DNA of 64,000 nt from an uncultured Verrucomicrobia subdivision 3 bacterium (GTDB taxonomy: Bacteria > Verrucomicrobiota > Verrucomicrobiia > Limisphaerales > UBA11358), in NCBI GenBank assembly GCA_903895255.1, contig CAITTG010000078.1:11739-75738 (forward strand), read 5' to 3'. The notes under the pieces were generated by a model, which saw only the letters and a program-made list of their open reading frames with translations, did not search any database and was not told where the DNA came from. Made by a program: the position numbers and the translations under genes. Below are positions 53,675-63,561 of this stretch, piece by piece (within the stretch, counting starts at the first letter, position 1; the number at the start of each line of letters is the position of its first letter).

Positions 53675-56600
53675 TCACGGCACCACGATGTCGAAGAAGA
53701 CCTGGGCTGTCGTTGGATCGATGGTATTGGTAAACTGGCCATTGCCATTCCCGTCAAACACGTTGGTCCAAACCGGCGTCCAATTGGCCAGCGGCACGGT
53801 CAGGTCCGGGGAAGCCAGCACCCGCCACGGCGAGCCGGCCGGGCCGCCGGTGATGCTCAGCACATAAGCCCCGCCCGCGTTGGTGAAACTCCCAATCACC
53901 GGCGGGACCGCCGCCGCGACGCGCAAGGTGCCATCCACCCCAATGGTGCTGGTGTTCCAAGCCAGTCCGGGACCCGGGATCGCGGGTGACACATTGGCAA
54001 AGGCACCCGCGAAACTCCCGGCGGTGAATAACTTGAACTGGTCGCCCGCCACGAAGTTGCCGGCGAAATTCGTCACCACCAGGGTGCCTCCAAAAGCCAA
54101 CTGTCCGTTGACCTGCAAAACATCGTTGGTTTGCTGGGTGCGGTTGATTTTCATGAGGTTGGTCGCCGCCGCATTAAAGCTCAGGCTGTCGTTGAAGGTG
54201 AGCGATCCCCATGCGGCTGGCCCGGGAGCTAGGGTCCCGGCATTCACCGTCACGGGGCCATTGAAAGTGCCGGTGCCCGTCAGTGTGCCTGCATTGACCG
54301 TTACTGGACTGGCACCCAGGGAGCCGTTCACCACCAATGTCCCGCCATTCAACGTCGTGGGGCCGGTGTAAAGATTGGTTCCGGCCAAAACCTGCGTGCC
54401 CTTGCCCGACAGGGTGAGCCCGAGCGTGCTGGCCGCCGCGGCGTCACTAACGGCCCCGCTAAAGCTGGTGGTCGTGGCCGTGACGTTGGACAACACCAGC
54501 AAACACGACGTGCCGGAGCTGTTGGTCACCAACCCGCCGCCCCCGCTGCCATCCGCCAGTGATGCGACCGTTTGAGTGGCCCCCGACAGATCCAGCGTGC
54601 CCGCCGCCGCCAGGTTCACCGGCGAAGCCGGCGGGAGCTGTCCGTAGGTGGTGATGACCGGGTCCACCGGCTGATTGCCCATGAGATTTTTAACCTCAGT
54701 TTGGTTCAAGGCCCGGTTAAAGACGTAAACCTCATCAATAAAGCCACCCAGTCCGACATCTTGGTCGCCCGTGTCCGGCGAACCGCCAATCCATAGTTGG
54801 CTGCCCACGCCCGTATTGGCCGCCCAACTGGACGTGATGGCATCCACATTGCCGTCCAGATACATGGTTTTGGTGGTGCCGTTGCAAGTCATCACCAAAA
54901 AATGCCAGATGTTATTGTTGATGGCAGTACTGCCCTCCTCCCAGCCTTGCGCGTAGCTGACCCCGCCGGCCCGGGTGCCCGGCCCGGTGTCGGACCCCTG
55001 GTTTAAATAAAACGTCATGTTGCCACTGGCCCAGCCACCGGAGCCTTGATACGCGTAAACCCCGCCCGCCGTGGCCGTTTTCACCCACATGCCGATGGTC
55101 CAGTTCGCCGCGCCGGTCATGGCCACGACGGGATTATTCACCAGCACATAAGCGGCATTGGCCGCCCCGGACGGAATGCTCAGACAATTACCGTAGCGCC
55201 CGCCGGCGGAAATACCCGCGGTGCCGGTGAGTTTGCCGTTGAGCGCGCTGCCGCCGGTGCCGAGATTCGTCACTACCCCGCCGCCAACCTGGCTGAAAGT
55301 AAACCACAACAGCGGTTGCAAGGTGGCAACCAGATTGCTGTTGTTGCTCTGGCCAAAACCCAGAGTGCCGCCATTAATAATCGTGGCACCCGCATACGTG
55401 TTCGCTCCGGCCAGCGTGAACGTGGCGCCGCCATTTTTCGTCACCGCACCGGTGCCGCTGATGGTGCCCGCGAATACCGAATTCGTCACGCCACCCAGCG
55501 TGAGGTTGCTCGTGTTGGTGCCGGTTCCCAGCAGCACACTGCTGCCGGCCGCGCCCGCCAGCGAGCCCACGGTCTGCGACAAGCTGCTCATGTTAAACGT
55601 CGAACCCGCCGCCAGCGTTAATGCCGTGGCCGGTGGCAAAACCTGGTGGTTGCCCAGTTTGTTGGACGACATCAGGGACTGCACCTCCGCCTGGCTCAAT
55701 GCCCGGCCAAACATATACACCTCGTCAATCAACCCACCCAGGCCAACATCCTGGTCGCCGGTGTCCGGTGAACCGCCAATCCACAATTGACTGCCCACCC
55801 CGGTGTTCGCCGCCCAACTGGAGCGAATGGCGTCCACATTACCATCCAGATACATCGTCTTGGTGGTGCCATTGCACGTCATCACCACAAAATGCCAGGT
55901 GTTGTTATTCAGGGCGCCCGTGCCCTGTTCCCAGCCCTGGGAATAGCTAACCCCGCCCGCGTGGGTGCCCAGACCGCCATCGGAACCCTGGTTCAAATAG
56001 AAGGTCATGTTTCCTGTGGTCCAGCCGCCCGAGCCCTGGTACGCATACACCCCGCCCGCCGTGGCTGTCTTGACCCACATGCCAATGGTCCAACTCGCGG
56101 CCCCGGTCATCGCCACCACCGGATTGTTAATCAACACATACGCCGCGTTGGCCGCCCCGGAGGGAATGCTCAGGCAATTGCCGTAACGTCCGCCGGCCAC
56201 AATGGTGGCCGTCCCGGTGAGCACGCCATTCAAGGCGCTGCCGCCCGTGCCATCATTAATCACATTGGTGCCGCTCACATTGTCAAAAGACAGGTGCAGG
56301 ATCGGATCGGGACTCACCACCAGCGTGCCGGCGTTCACCGTGGTGGGCCCGGTGTAGGTGTTGGTGGCAGTGAGGGTCAGCGTGCCCGCCCCATTCTTGA
56401 CCAGGCCACCACCGCCGCCGCCGTTCAGCAGCCCCTGGCTGATGACCACCGCATAACCACCATCATCAATAATGGCATTGCCCGAGTCCACGTTGGCGGC
56501 GTCAATGGCCAGAAAGGCCGGCTGGTTGGTCACCGCTTGCAGCGTGCCGCCGTTGAAATTCAGAATGGCGCTGGCCCCCGGTGAGGTCGCGCGGGTGACC

Positions 56601-59600
56601 TGCGTGGCCTGCACCAGCCCGCCATTCAGATTCACGGTGCCCCGGCCGGTTGAGTTTTCTCCCAGCCAGATCGCCGTGTTGTTGGAAAGCACGCCGCCAT
56701 TCACGTTAAGCGTGCCGGTGGCCCCCAGCGAACCCATGACGATATCGCCGCCGTTCCCCGTCTCCTGGATGAATCCGGAGTTAAGCGTCAGGGTTCCCTG
56801 CGCGGCCGGGCTGTTGCGTCCGACCACCAGCCAGTTGCTGGAAATCAGCGTGCCCCCGTTGATGAGGCAAGCCCCGGTCACCGTGTTCTGGGCGATCCAA
56901 AATTGCCCGCCGCACAGTAGACCGCCCGTCGGATTGAGTTGCAACATGCCGCCGTTGACCTGCACCGAGGCGCCACTGTTCAAAAACTGGTTCGTGGCGG
57001 TGAGCGTGATGGTGTTGGTGTTTAATTTAACCAGCGTCCCACTAAAGTAAGTGTCGCTCACCGGGGTGGCCCAGGTGAAGCTGTCGCTGCGGTTGAATTG
57101 CAATGTGCCGGCGTTGACGAGCTGGCCGAAACCCAGGCTGCCCCCCACGCCGCCGTTGCCAAGTTGCAGCGTGCCCGTCAAATTCGTGGTGGTGCCCTTG
57201 TAACCATTGGTCGCCGTGAGCACCAGGGTGCCCGGTCCGCTGGCATTCAAGCTGCCACCGCCGATGAGCGTGCCCGAAATGGTCAGGGTCGTGCCGCTGT
57301 TGATGGCAAAACTCGCGGCATCCGCCGGGGTGACGTTCTGGGCGCTAATCGTGGCATTCGCGTTGACCACGCAATCGCCTTTCAAATTGAAACTGCCGAC
57401 CGAGTTGTTGCCCAGGCCTGTCACCGCACCCCCATTGAGCGTCAACTGACCAATGGCCTGATTGCCCGTGCCCGGATCCGCCAGCACGCCGCCATTGAGG
57501 GTTATATTGCGGGGCGGACCACTGGAGCCGGACAGGGCATTGTTGCCCGCTAAATTCAAGGTGGCCGCCGCTCCCACCGTGATGCCCGCCACATTGCCCA
57601 GTGCTCCGTAAAGACTACCGCTGCTGTTCACGGACAGGGTGCCGGAATTCACCGTCACCGTCCCCGCCATGCCGCTGGCCGGACTGGTATTGTTCACGGC
57701 GGTGAGACTGACCGTCCCGGGGCCATTAACCGTCAGGTTGTTGCCGCCGCCGCCGCTGAGCAGCCCGTTGATTGCCAGTGACTGTCCGCTGGCCACGGAG
57801 AACACGGCCGGCAGTCCCAGCGTGACGGGCGCGATAATGCTGGCCGAAGCATTGGCCGTGATATCCCCGTCCAGCGTCAGGGTGTAGCCGTTGCCGGAGA
57901 GGCTGTAGTTCCCGCTGCCTGCTGGGAGAAAATTGAGTCCCGCCACCGTTACCAATCCGCCCAGCAGGACATTCCCGGCCGCGCCTGAATTAGCTCCGAA
58001 GGTCGCCACTCCGGGGGCGGTATTGGTCCACAGATCATCCTCACTGCCATCCCACCAATTGTTGGTGCCATTACCCGAGCTCGCATCCGCCCAGGTGCCG
58101 CCGCCATCCACGGGCGCCCCGCCGCCGGCACTGCTGTCCCAAATCAAGCCCTGGCCCACGGCCAGGGTGACCGATCGTGTTTGCGCATAAGTCGTGCCAG
58201 TGTTGGTAAACACCATTGTGACCGGATAAAACCCGGCCGTCAGACCCGCTGCCGCGCCGGTCACCGTAACGGTCACGCTCTGCGTACTCCCTGGGGCCAG
58301 GCTGCCGCTGGCGGGCGAGACCGAGCACCAAGTGGAAGTGTTAAGCAATGACCACGCACAGGCCGTGCCGCCAAAATTGGCCAGGTTGAATGTGGCGCTC
58401 GCGGGTACAAACGAGCCCCCCACCGGCCCGGCCATGGCCAGCCCATTGGTCGGCGTAATCATCAATGGATTCACCGGCCCCATTGCCAGCGCGTTGAGAA
58501 GGTTCCGGCCCGTCGGCGTGCCCCAGCCCGTGCAGAGATCGTAACCGGGCACGGCGTAGTATTTGTTCGGGCTGGTGGGTTGGGTGTTGTTACCCGTCGT
58601 GATGTCATGAAAATCCTGCGCATAGGCACTGCTCTTGCCGAGCGCATAAATGGTGGGGTTGATAAAACCGGCGGTGGGCAGGTTGTTGGCCACCGCCTGC
58701 TGGTTCACCAGCGCCAGAAAGCCCGCCCACAAGGGGGCGGCGCAACTCGTGCCCCCAAAGCTCCCGCTGCCGCCGTTGTTATACCGCACCCAAATATTAT
58801 TCGCGGTCATGGCCACATCCGGCACATTGCGCATGAAGACCGAACCCAGGTTGGTATCCATGCTGATGCCCTGCTGCCAGGGGGGGATGCCGTAAGTCGG
58901 ACTCACCCCGCCGGTGCTCCCCGTGCCGCCGCCCCAGTTCCACGTCGTCTCGGAAGACCACGAACCGCCCGCGCCCGTCGTACTCAGGGTCGTTCCGCCC
59001 ACCACCGTAATGTAAGGCGCGTCCTCATCCACCGGCGCCGCGGAGCTGCCGGCGTCATTGTCCCCCGAGGCATTGAAGTACGACTGCCCTTGCGCCGCAA
59101 ATTCCTGATAAATCTGTAGCGAGGTCGCGTCTGACCCGATCAGCCACGAGGCGCTCAACTGCTTGGCGAGGTTGTCCGTGGCCATGCGGTTCAGAACATC
59201 GTCGGCATTACCCGAGCGGGTGGTGCAGTAAATAATCACTTGCGCGAGTCCCGGGGCCATGGAAATGGCCATCTCAATGTCCAGCGGGCACTCGGCACCC
59301 CCGGCATCCGTCGTGATGCTGGCCAGGCCGCCCAGGAGAACGTTGTTGAGCGGCACGTTGGGCAGGCCATAGCTGGATTCATAGCCCGTGATATCGCTGG
59401 TATAATAACCCTGAAACTCCAGCAGACCCACCGCCTGGCCCGCTCCGGTGTTGGTCACCCCCGGCACGTAGGCCGCGCGAAAATCCCCGCCTGCATAAGT
59501 GCCGGAGGGCCCGGAACCGGAGGCGGGCACCGGCCCGGTCTGCGCGCTGGCGGCGGGTTGCGGATGATTCAGCGGATGGGGCGCCACGAAGTTATCCAGT

Positions 59601-60175
59601 CCGCCGATGTGCACCACCGGCACGGCCAGCGCCAACTCCGGCTCCGCGTCCGGCGCGAAAAACTCCCGCGCCTCGGTTGGGTGGTGATACACCTGCATAT
59701 TCACATGAAATGCCTTCTCAATGGCGGGCACCGGGCCGCTGGCATCCAGCACCATCCGGTTGGGATGCGTCCCCTCGATCCGGAACCCGTTGGACCGGGC
59801 ATATTCCGCCACGGCCTGATAATCCGCCGCTGAAGGGCCAAACTGGTCCGCAAATTCCACCGGGGTCAGGAAGTGCCGGTAATGGGGACTGGCTGGGTCG
59901 TAGAGGTCGCGCAGCAAGTTGGTCAGGGCGGCCTGGTTCCGCAACGGCAGCCCGATGGCCAGGTGCAGCACATTGGTGGACTCCAGCCGGCGCAGGGCTT
60001 GCAATCGCGCCACCGCCGGAGGCCGCTGGCCGCGCAGCGTCTGCTGGGGAGCCGACCATCCGGTGATTGTGGCCAGGCAAAGTGCCAACAGCGCGCCCGC
60101 CAGGCGGAAATATCTATTGCCGTTGCCGGACTTGATCACAAAGCCACGCCGGGTGCGGGAACTGGGGAAACACAT
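53675..60175 (-). CDS. 2166-aa secreted protein: pro-kumamolisin/S53 sedolisin peptidase + autotransporter-associated beta-strand repeats + two LamG-like domains + C-terminal ...SPDL..W(T) module
   Basis: Prodomain LHLAIGLPLRNQAALTNLLRDLYDPASPHYRHFLTPVEFADQFGPS. S53 serine motif GGTSCAAPLWAGFLAL. Many GxGTLTLTxxNTYTGxTTxNxGTL units. Duplicated LamG-like block ...GRYGNCLSIPSGAANAAYV...WTIGMWVKT...MYLDGN... Confidence 0.8.
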   Translation of the reverse strand: MCFPSSRTRRGFVIKSGNGNRYFRLAGALLALCLATITGWSAPQQTLRGQRPPAVARLQALRRLESTNVLHLAIGLPLRNQAALTNLLRDLYDPASPHYRHFLTPVEFADQFGPSAADYQAVAEYARSNGFRIEGTHPNRMVLDASGPVPAIEKAFHVNMQVYHHPTEAREFFAPDAEPELALAVPVVHIGGLDNFVAPHPLNHPQPAASAQTGPVPASGSGPSGTYAGGDFRAAYVPGVTNTGAGQAVGLLEFQGYYTSDITGYESSYGLPNVPLNNVLLGGLASITTDAGGAECPLDIEMAISMAPGLAQVIIYCTTRSGNADDVLNRMATDNLAKQLSASWLIGSDATSLQIYQEFAAQGQSYFNASGDNDAGSSAAPVDEDAPYITVVGGTTLSTTGAGGSWSSETTWNWGGGTGSTGGVSPTYGIPPWQQGISMDTNLGSVFMRNVPDVAMTANNIWVRYNNGGSGSFGGTSCAAPLWAGFLALVNQQAVANNLPTAGFINPTIYALGKSSAYAQDFHDITTGNNTQPTSPNKYYAVPGYDLCTGWGTPTGRNLLNALAMGPVNPLMITPTNGLAMAGPVGGSFVPASATFNLANFGGTACAWSLLNTSTWCSVSPASGSLAPGSTQSVTVTVTGAAAGLTAGFYPVTMVFTNTGTTYAQTRSVTLAVGQGLIWDSSAGGGAPVDGGGTWADASSGNGTNNWWDGSEDDLWTNTAPGVATFGANSGAAGNVLLGGLVTVAGLNFLPAGSGNYSLSGNGYTLTLDGDITANASASIIAPVTLGLPAVFSVASGQSLAINGLLSGGGGNNLTVNGPGTVSLTAVNNTSPASGMAGTVTVNSGTLSVNSSGSLYGALGNVAGITVGAAATLNLAGNNALSGSSGPPRNITLNGGVLADPGTGNQAIGQLTLNGGAVTGLGNNSVGSFNLKGDCVVNANATISAQNVTPADAASFAINSGTTLTISGTLIGGGSLNASGPGTLVLTATNGYKGTTTNLTGTLQLGNGGVGGSLGFGQLVNAGTLQFNRSDSFTWATPVSDTYFSGTLVKLNTNTITLTATNQFLNSGASVQVNGGMLQLNPTGGLLCGGQFWIAQNTVTGACLINGGTLISSNWLVVGRNSPAAQGTLTLNSGFIQETGNGGDIVMGSLGATGTLNVNGGVLSNNTAIWLGENSTGRGTVNLNGGLVQATQVTRATSPGASAILNFNGGTLQAVTNQPAFLAIDAANVDSGNAIIDDGGYAVVISQGLLNGGGGGGLVKNGAGTLTLTATNTYTGPTTVNAGTLVVSPDPILHLSFDNVSGTNVINDGTGGSALNGVLTGTATIVAGGRYGNCLSIPSGAANAAYVLINNPVVAMTGAASWTIGMWVKTATAGGVYAYQGSGGWTTGNMTFYLNQGSDGGLGTHAGGVSYSQGWEQGTGALNNNTWHFVVMTCNGTTKTMYLDGNVDAIRSSWAANTGVGSQLWIGGSPDTGDQDVGLGGLIDEVYMFGRALSQAEVQSLMSSNKLGNHQVLPPATALTLAAGSTFNMSSLSQTVGSLAGAAGSSVLLGTGTNTSNLTLGGVTNSVFAGTISGTGAVTKNGGATFTLAGANTYAGATIINGGTLGFGQSNNSNLVATLQPLLWFTFSQVGGGVVTNLGTGGSALNGKLTGTAGISAGGRYGNCLSIPSGAANAAYVLVNNPVVAMTGAANWTIGMWVKTATAGGVYAYQGSGGWASGNMTFYLNQGSDTGPGTRAGGVSYAQGWEEGSTAINNNIWHFLVMTCNGTTKTMYLDGNVDAITSSWAANTGVGSQLWIGGSPDTGDQDVGLGGFIDEVYVFNRALNQTEVKNLMGNQPVDPVITTYGQLPPASPVNLAAAGTLDLSGATQTVASLADGSGGGGLVTNSSGTSCLLVLSNVTATTTSFSGAVSDAAAASTLGLTLSGKGTQVLAGTNLYTGPTTLNGGTLVVNGSLGASPVTVNAGTLTGTGTFNGPVTVNAGTLAPGPAAWGSLTFNDSLSFNAAATNLMKINRTQQTNDVLQVNGQLAFGGTLVVTNFAGNFVAGDQFKLFTAGSFAGAFANVSPAIPGPGLAWNTSTIGVDGTLRVAAAVPPVIGSFTNAGGAYVLSITGGPAGSPWRVLASPDLTVPLANWTPVWTNVFDGNGNGQFTNTIDPTTAQVFFDIVVP

Positions 60176-60323
60176 ATTCTACTATTTATTTTGGCCCACA
60201 ATCCGGCAAAGTCGAACTCCGATTTGGGGGGGATTGAGGGGGGAGGCGCGAAGCATAAAACTGATAAAATCGAGGAGTTGTGCGGTTGGACACCCCTTTA
60301 TAGCCATGGTAATACTAATTGGT

Positions 60324-60593
60324 ATGACCAAAATGGCAACGACCATCAGTTTTAAAGCGCCCGCCCGGATTTTGGAAGGACTCCCCGCTCCCGGGAATGG
60401 TCGCAGCCGGTTTATTATTCAGGCCTTGGAGGAAAAAATTTCCCGGCAGCAGCAGCCCAAATGGGAGCCCACCACCCCGCTGGGACGGAAGTTCGCCGCC
60501 ATCCTTGAGAAAGGGAAAAAAGCCCGCGGGCCGGAGCTGTCTGAGACTGAGTTCGACCGTGAATTCAGCGGGCGCCGGGGGAGAAATTTTTGA
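60324..60593 (+). CDS. ribbon-helix-helix (CopG/VapB-like) antitoxin
   Basis: In-frame ATG 60324 within track ORF 59919-60593 gives MTKMATTISFKAPARILEGLPAPGNGRSRFIIQALEEKI. The upstream part of that ORF is the antisense shadow of the 2166-aa gene. The stop overlaps the PIN gene start. Confidence 0.6.
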   Translation: MTKMATTISFKAPARILEGLPAPGNGRSRFIIQALEEKISRQQQPKWEPTTPLGRKFAAILEKGKKARGPELSETEFDREFSGRRGRNF

Positions 60594-60994
60594 AGACGTT
60601 CCTGGATAGCGGCGTTTTACTGGCTGCCTGGCGTCGCACCCCGATTTCGGATGCGGCATTGCGGGTGCTCACGGATGATACCCGGGAGTTTTACACCTCC
60701 GAATTGGTCATGTTGGAAACCCTGCCCCAAGCCCGGCATGAAAAGAACCGGTCCGAACAAGAATTTTATGCGACCCATTTTGCCGGCGTGGTGCATTGTG
60801 AGTGCTTGAGCGAGGCGCTGGGCAAAGCGGCGGAACGTTTGGCCGGCCAATACGGTCTCGCCGGCCCGGATGCCTTGCAAATCGCCGCCGCCATCCGGCA
60901 GGGCGTGACGGAGTTTGTCACGTCGGAAAAACCCAGCAAACCCATGTTCCGGGTGAAGGAGCTTAAGGTGGTGTCGCTCTATTCGTTGGCTTAA
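60590..60994 (+). CDS. PIN-domain toxin (VapC-like)
   Basis: TTG start overlapping the antitoxin TGA. MKTFLDSGVLLAAW..., ...ELVMLET..., ...GPDALQIAAA..., ...FVTSE acidic residues in PIN spacing. Confidence 0.65.
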   Translation: MKTFLDSGVLLAAWRRTPISDAALRVLTDDTREFYTSELVMLETLPQARHEKNRSEQEFYATHFAGVVHCECLSEALGKAAERLAGQYGLAGPDALQIAAAIRQGVTEFVTSEKPSKPMFRVKELKVVSLYSLA

Positions 60995-61056
60995 AGTTGG
61001 GGCTGCCCGGTCCTTCACGAAATCATAACCGGCCGACCGGCCTTGGTGCGGCTTGC

Positions 61057-62454
61057 ATGAACCTTTCCGATGCGTATCCTGCCCGGGTGACCAGTTTGCT
61101 TCAACGGGTGGCGGCGGACTTGCCGGGGCGGTGCGGCCTCGGTCGCGGCGACGCATTACTGGTCGCCGTTTCCGGCGGGGTGGATTCCATGGTCTTGCTC
61201 CATATTTTAAACACGCTCGCGCCGGAGTGGGGCTGGCAGTTGACTGTGGCCCATTTTAATCACCAGTTGCGCGGACGCAACAGCGACCGCGATGCCGCGC
61301 TGGTTCGTCATACAGCGGCAGCCCTGAATCTGCCCATCACGGTGGGGCAGGGGGATGTGAACGCTTTCGCCAAAAAATCCGGTCTGTCCCTCGAAATGGC
61401 CGCGCGCAAGTTGCGCCATGAATTTTTGGCCCGGACGGCCCGGGCGGGCGGGATGGCCACCATTGCCCTCGCCCACCATGCCGATGACCAGGTGGAATTG
61501 TTTTTCCTGCGCCTCTTGCGCGGCGCGGGTGGCGAGGGGCTCGCCGGGATGAAGTGGCGGTCCCCGTCACCCATGGATCCTAGGATTACCTTGGTTCGCC
61601 CCCTGCTGGACCTGTCCAAAGTGGAGTTGGAGACGTATGCGCAAGACGTGGGTGTTCCCTTCCGGACCGATGCCACCAATGCCTCGCTGGCAATGCCCCG
61701 CAACCGCGTGCGGCACGAACTGCTGCCGTTGCTGCGCACCAAATACCAGCCCGGCCTCAACCGCACCGTGTTGCGGGCCATGAAAATTGCCCGCGCCGAA
61801 GCCGACCTGGCCGGCGACCTGGCCGCGCAATGGCTCAAATCCAAGTCGCCCGCCTTTGCGAAGCTGCCCGTGGCCGTGCAACGCCGGGTGATCCAATCCC
61901 AACTCCCCAAGCTGGGCCTGCCGCTGGATTTCGAGCTGGTGGAGCAACTCCGCGAAACCGCCGGTCGCCCGGTGAACACCGGATTAAATCTGTTCGCCGT
62001 GCGGGATGCCGCCGGCAGGGTAAAACTCGTGTCGCCCTCACCCGCCACGGTCTTTAACCCCGAGGAACGCGTGCTCCAACTAACCGGACGTTCTGGTCAG
62101 GCCGGGTTTGCCGGAGTGAAAATCACCTGGGCACGCAAGTCAGCCGGGCCCTGGCCCATCCCCCTCTCGCCCACGCCGGGGCAGGAAATCTATGATGCCG
62201 CCAGGGTCGGTGATTCCGTGACCCTTCGTCACTGGCGGGCCGGCGACCGCTTCCAGCCTTTGGGCATGGCCAGTCCCGTAAAATTACAGGACCTGTTCAC
62301 CAACGCCAAAATCCCGCGCGACCGCCGCCGCGAATTGCTGGTTGCCACCGTCCACGGGGAGATTTTCTGGGTGGAAGGGCTCCGGATGGCGGAACGGTTT
62401 AAACTAACGGGGGAGACCAAGCGCGGCTTGTTTTGGCGGTGGCAGCGGGGTTGA
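61057..62454 (+). CDS. tilS: tRNA(Ile)-lysidine synthetase
   Basis: PP-loop LLVAVSGGVDSMVLLHIL, HFNHQLRG, LAHHADDQVE; size and C-terminal domain are typical. Probable start ATG 61057 (track start 60997). Confidence 0.85.
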   Translation: MNLSDAYPARVTSLLQRVAADLPGRCGLGRGDALLVAVSGGVDSMVLLHILNTLAPEWGWQLTVAHFNHQLRGRNSDRDAALVRHTAAALNLPITVGQGDVNAFAKKSGLSLEMAARKLRHEFLARTARAGGMATIALAHHADDQVELFFLRLLRGAGGEGLAGMKWRSPSPMDPRITLVRPLLDLSKVELETYAQDVGVPFRTDATNASLAMPRNRVRHELLPLLRTKYQPGLNRTVLRAMKIARAEADLAGDLAAQWLKSKSPAFAKLPVAVQRRVIQSQLPKLGLPLDFELVEQLRETAGRPVNTGLNLFAVRDAAGRVKLVSPSPATVFNPEERVLQLTGRSGQAGFAGVKITWARKSAGPWPIPLSPTPGQEIYDAARVGDSVTLRHWRAGDRFQPLGMASPVKLQDLFTNAKIPRDRRRELLVATVHGEIFWVEGLRMAERFKLTGETKRGLFWRWQRG

Positions 62455-62739
62455 GACTCCATAAACCGCCCCTCCCAAAGCGGTGTCGCCGCTGCCGCTC
62501 TGCCACCGCAGTCCAAGGTGTTGCTGGCGATGACGGGAGTCATTCACCATTCGATTGCTGTCCCGCTCCTTGGACTGCGGGGGGTAATCCCGTGCTGCGG
62601 GAGCCACCCCGCTTTGCGTGCGCCAGCCGGCAACCTTATTTTGCTCCTTGGCCTCCCTTAAGAGTGGTTCTCCCTGTGCCCAACTTAAGAATATATCCCG
62701 CAACCTTCCCCGTCCCCTGTTCGTCTGTTCCGGCACTTG

Positions 62740-63561
62740 ATGACACGTGCCTTGATCCTGTTGGTTAGCTTCGCCCTCGGCCTCTTGCCCGCCCAAGGGG
62801 CGGAAGAGTGGCGGCTCGTCTGGCATGATGAGTTCGATACCAACGGCCCGCCCAGTCCCGCCAACTGGAATTTCGAGCATGGCTTCGCCCGCAACCACGA
62901 GCGGCAATGGTATCAACCGGAGAACGCCTGGTGCACCAATGGCCTGCTCATCATCGAAGCCCGCCGCGAATCCAAGCCCAACCCGCAATTTGATCGCGAT
63001 AGCGACGACTGGCGGTCATCACGCAAGATGATTGAGTACACCTCCGCCAGCCTCACCACGCGCGGGTTGCACCAGTTTAAGTACGGAAAATTCGAAATGC
63101 GCGCGCGCATTGACACCCGGTCGGGGAGCTGGCCCGCTTTCTGGACGCTCGGCGCCGATCCGGACATCTACTGGCCCGCCGGGGGCGAGATTGACATCAT
63201 GGAATATTACACCGGCAATGTGCTGGCGAACCTCGGTTGGCAGACCAATGGCCTCACCTGCTGGCTGGCCCGCAGGCATCCGCTCGATAAATTGGGCGGT
63301 GAAGCCTGGTCGCGGCAATTCCACATCTGGACGATGGTTTGGGATGAAAAGCAGATCGAACTCCGCCTTGACGGCCGCCTGATGAATCATCTCAAACTGG
63401 CGAAGGCCGATAACGCGGATGAGGGCAACCCGTTCCGGCGTCCCGAATATATCATCCTCAACCAGGCCATCGGCGGTGACTCCGGCGGCGATCCCTCAAC
63501 GACCCAGTTCCCTCTCCGTTACGAGATCGACTGGGTGCGGGTTTATCAGCGCGGGCCGTAG
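62740..63561 (+). CDS. glycoside hydrolase family 16 (beta-glucanase/laminarinase-like), secreted
   Basis: Signal MTRALILLVSFALGLLPAQGA. WHDEFD, YTSASLTT, YGKFEMRARI, WPAFWTLG and the catalytic GGEIDIMEY (E-x-D-x-x-E). Confidence 0.85.
   Translation: MTRALILLVSFALGLLPAQGAEEWRLVWHDEFDTNGPPSPANWNFEHGFARNHERQWYQPENAWCTNGLLIIEARRESKPNPQFDRDSDDWRSSRKMIEYTSASLTTRGLHQFKYGKFEMRARIDTRSGSWPAFWTLGADPDIYWPAGGEIDIMEYYTGNVLANLGWQTNGLTCWLARRHPLDKLGGEAWSRQFHIWTMVWDEKQIELRLDGRLMNHLKLAKADNADEGNPFRRPEYIILNQAIGGDSGGDPSTTQFPLRYEIDWVRVYQRGP

Noticed and set aside
59919-60323. N-terminal 135 codons of the 224-aa ORF 59919-60593
   Set aside because: This part overlaps the 5' end of the 2166-aa gene in antisense and is Arg/Gly/Pro-rich. 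The RHH antitoxin plausibly starts at ATG 60324.
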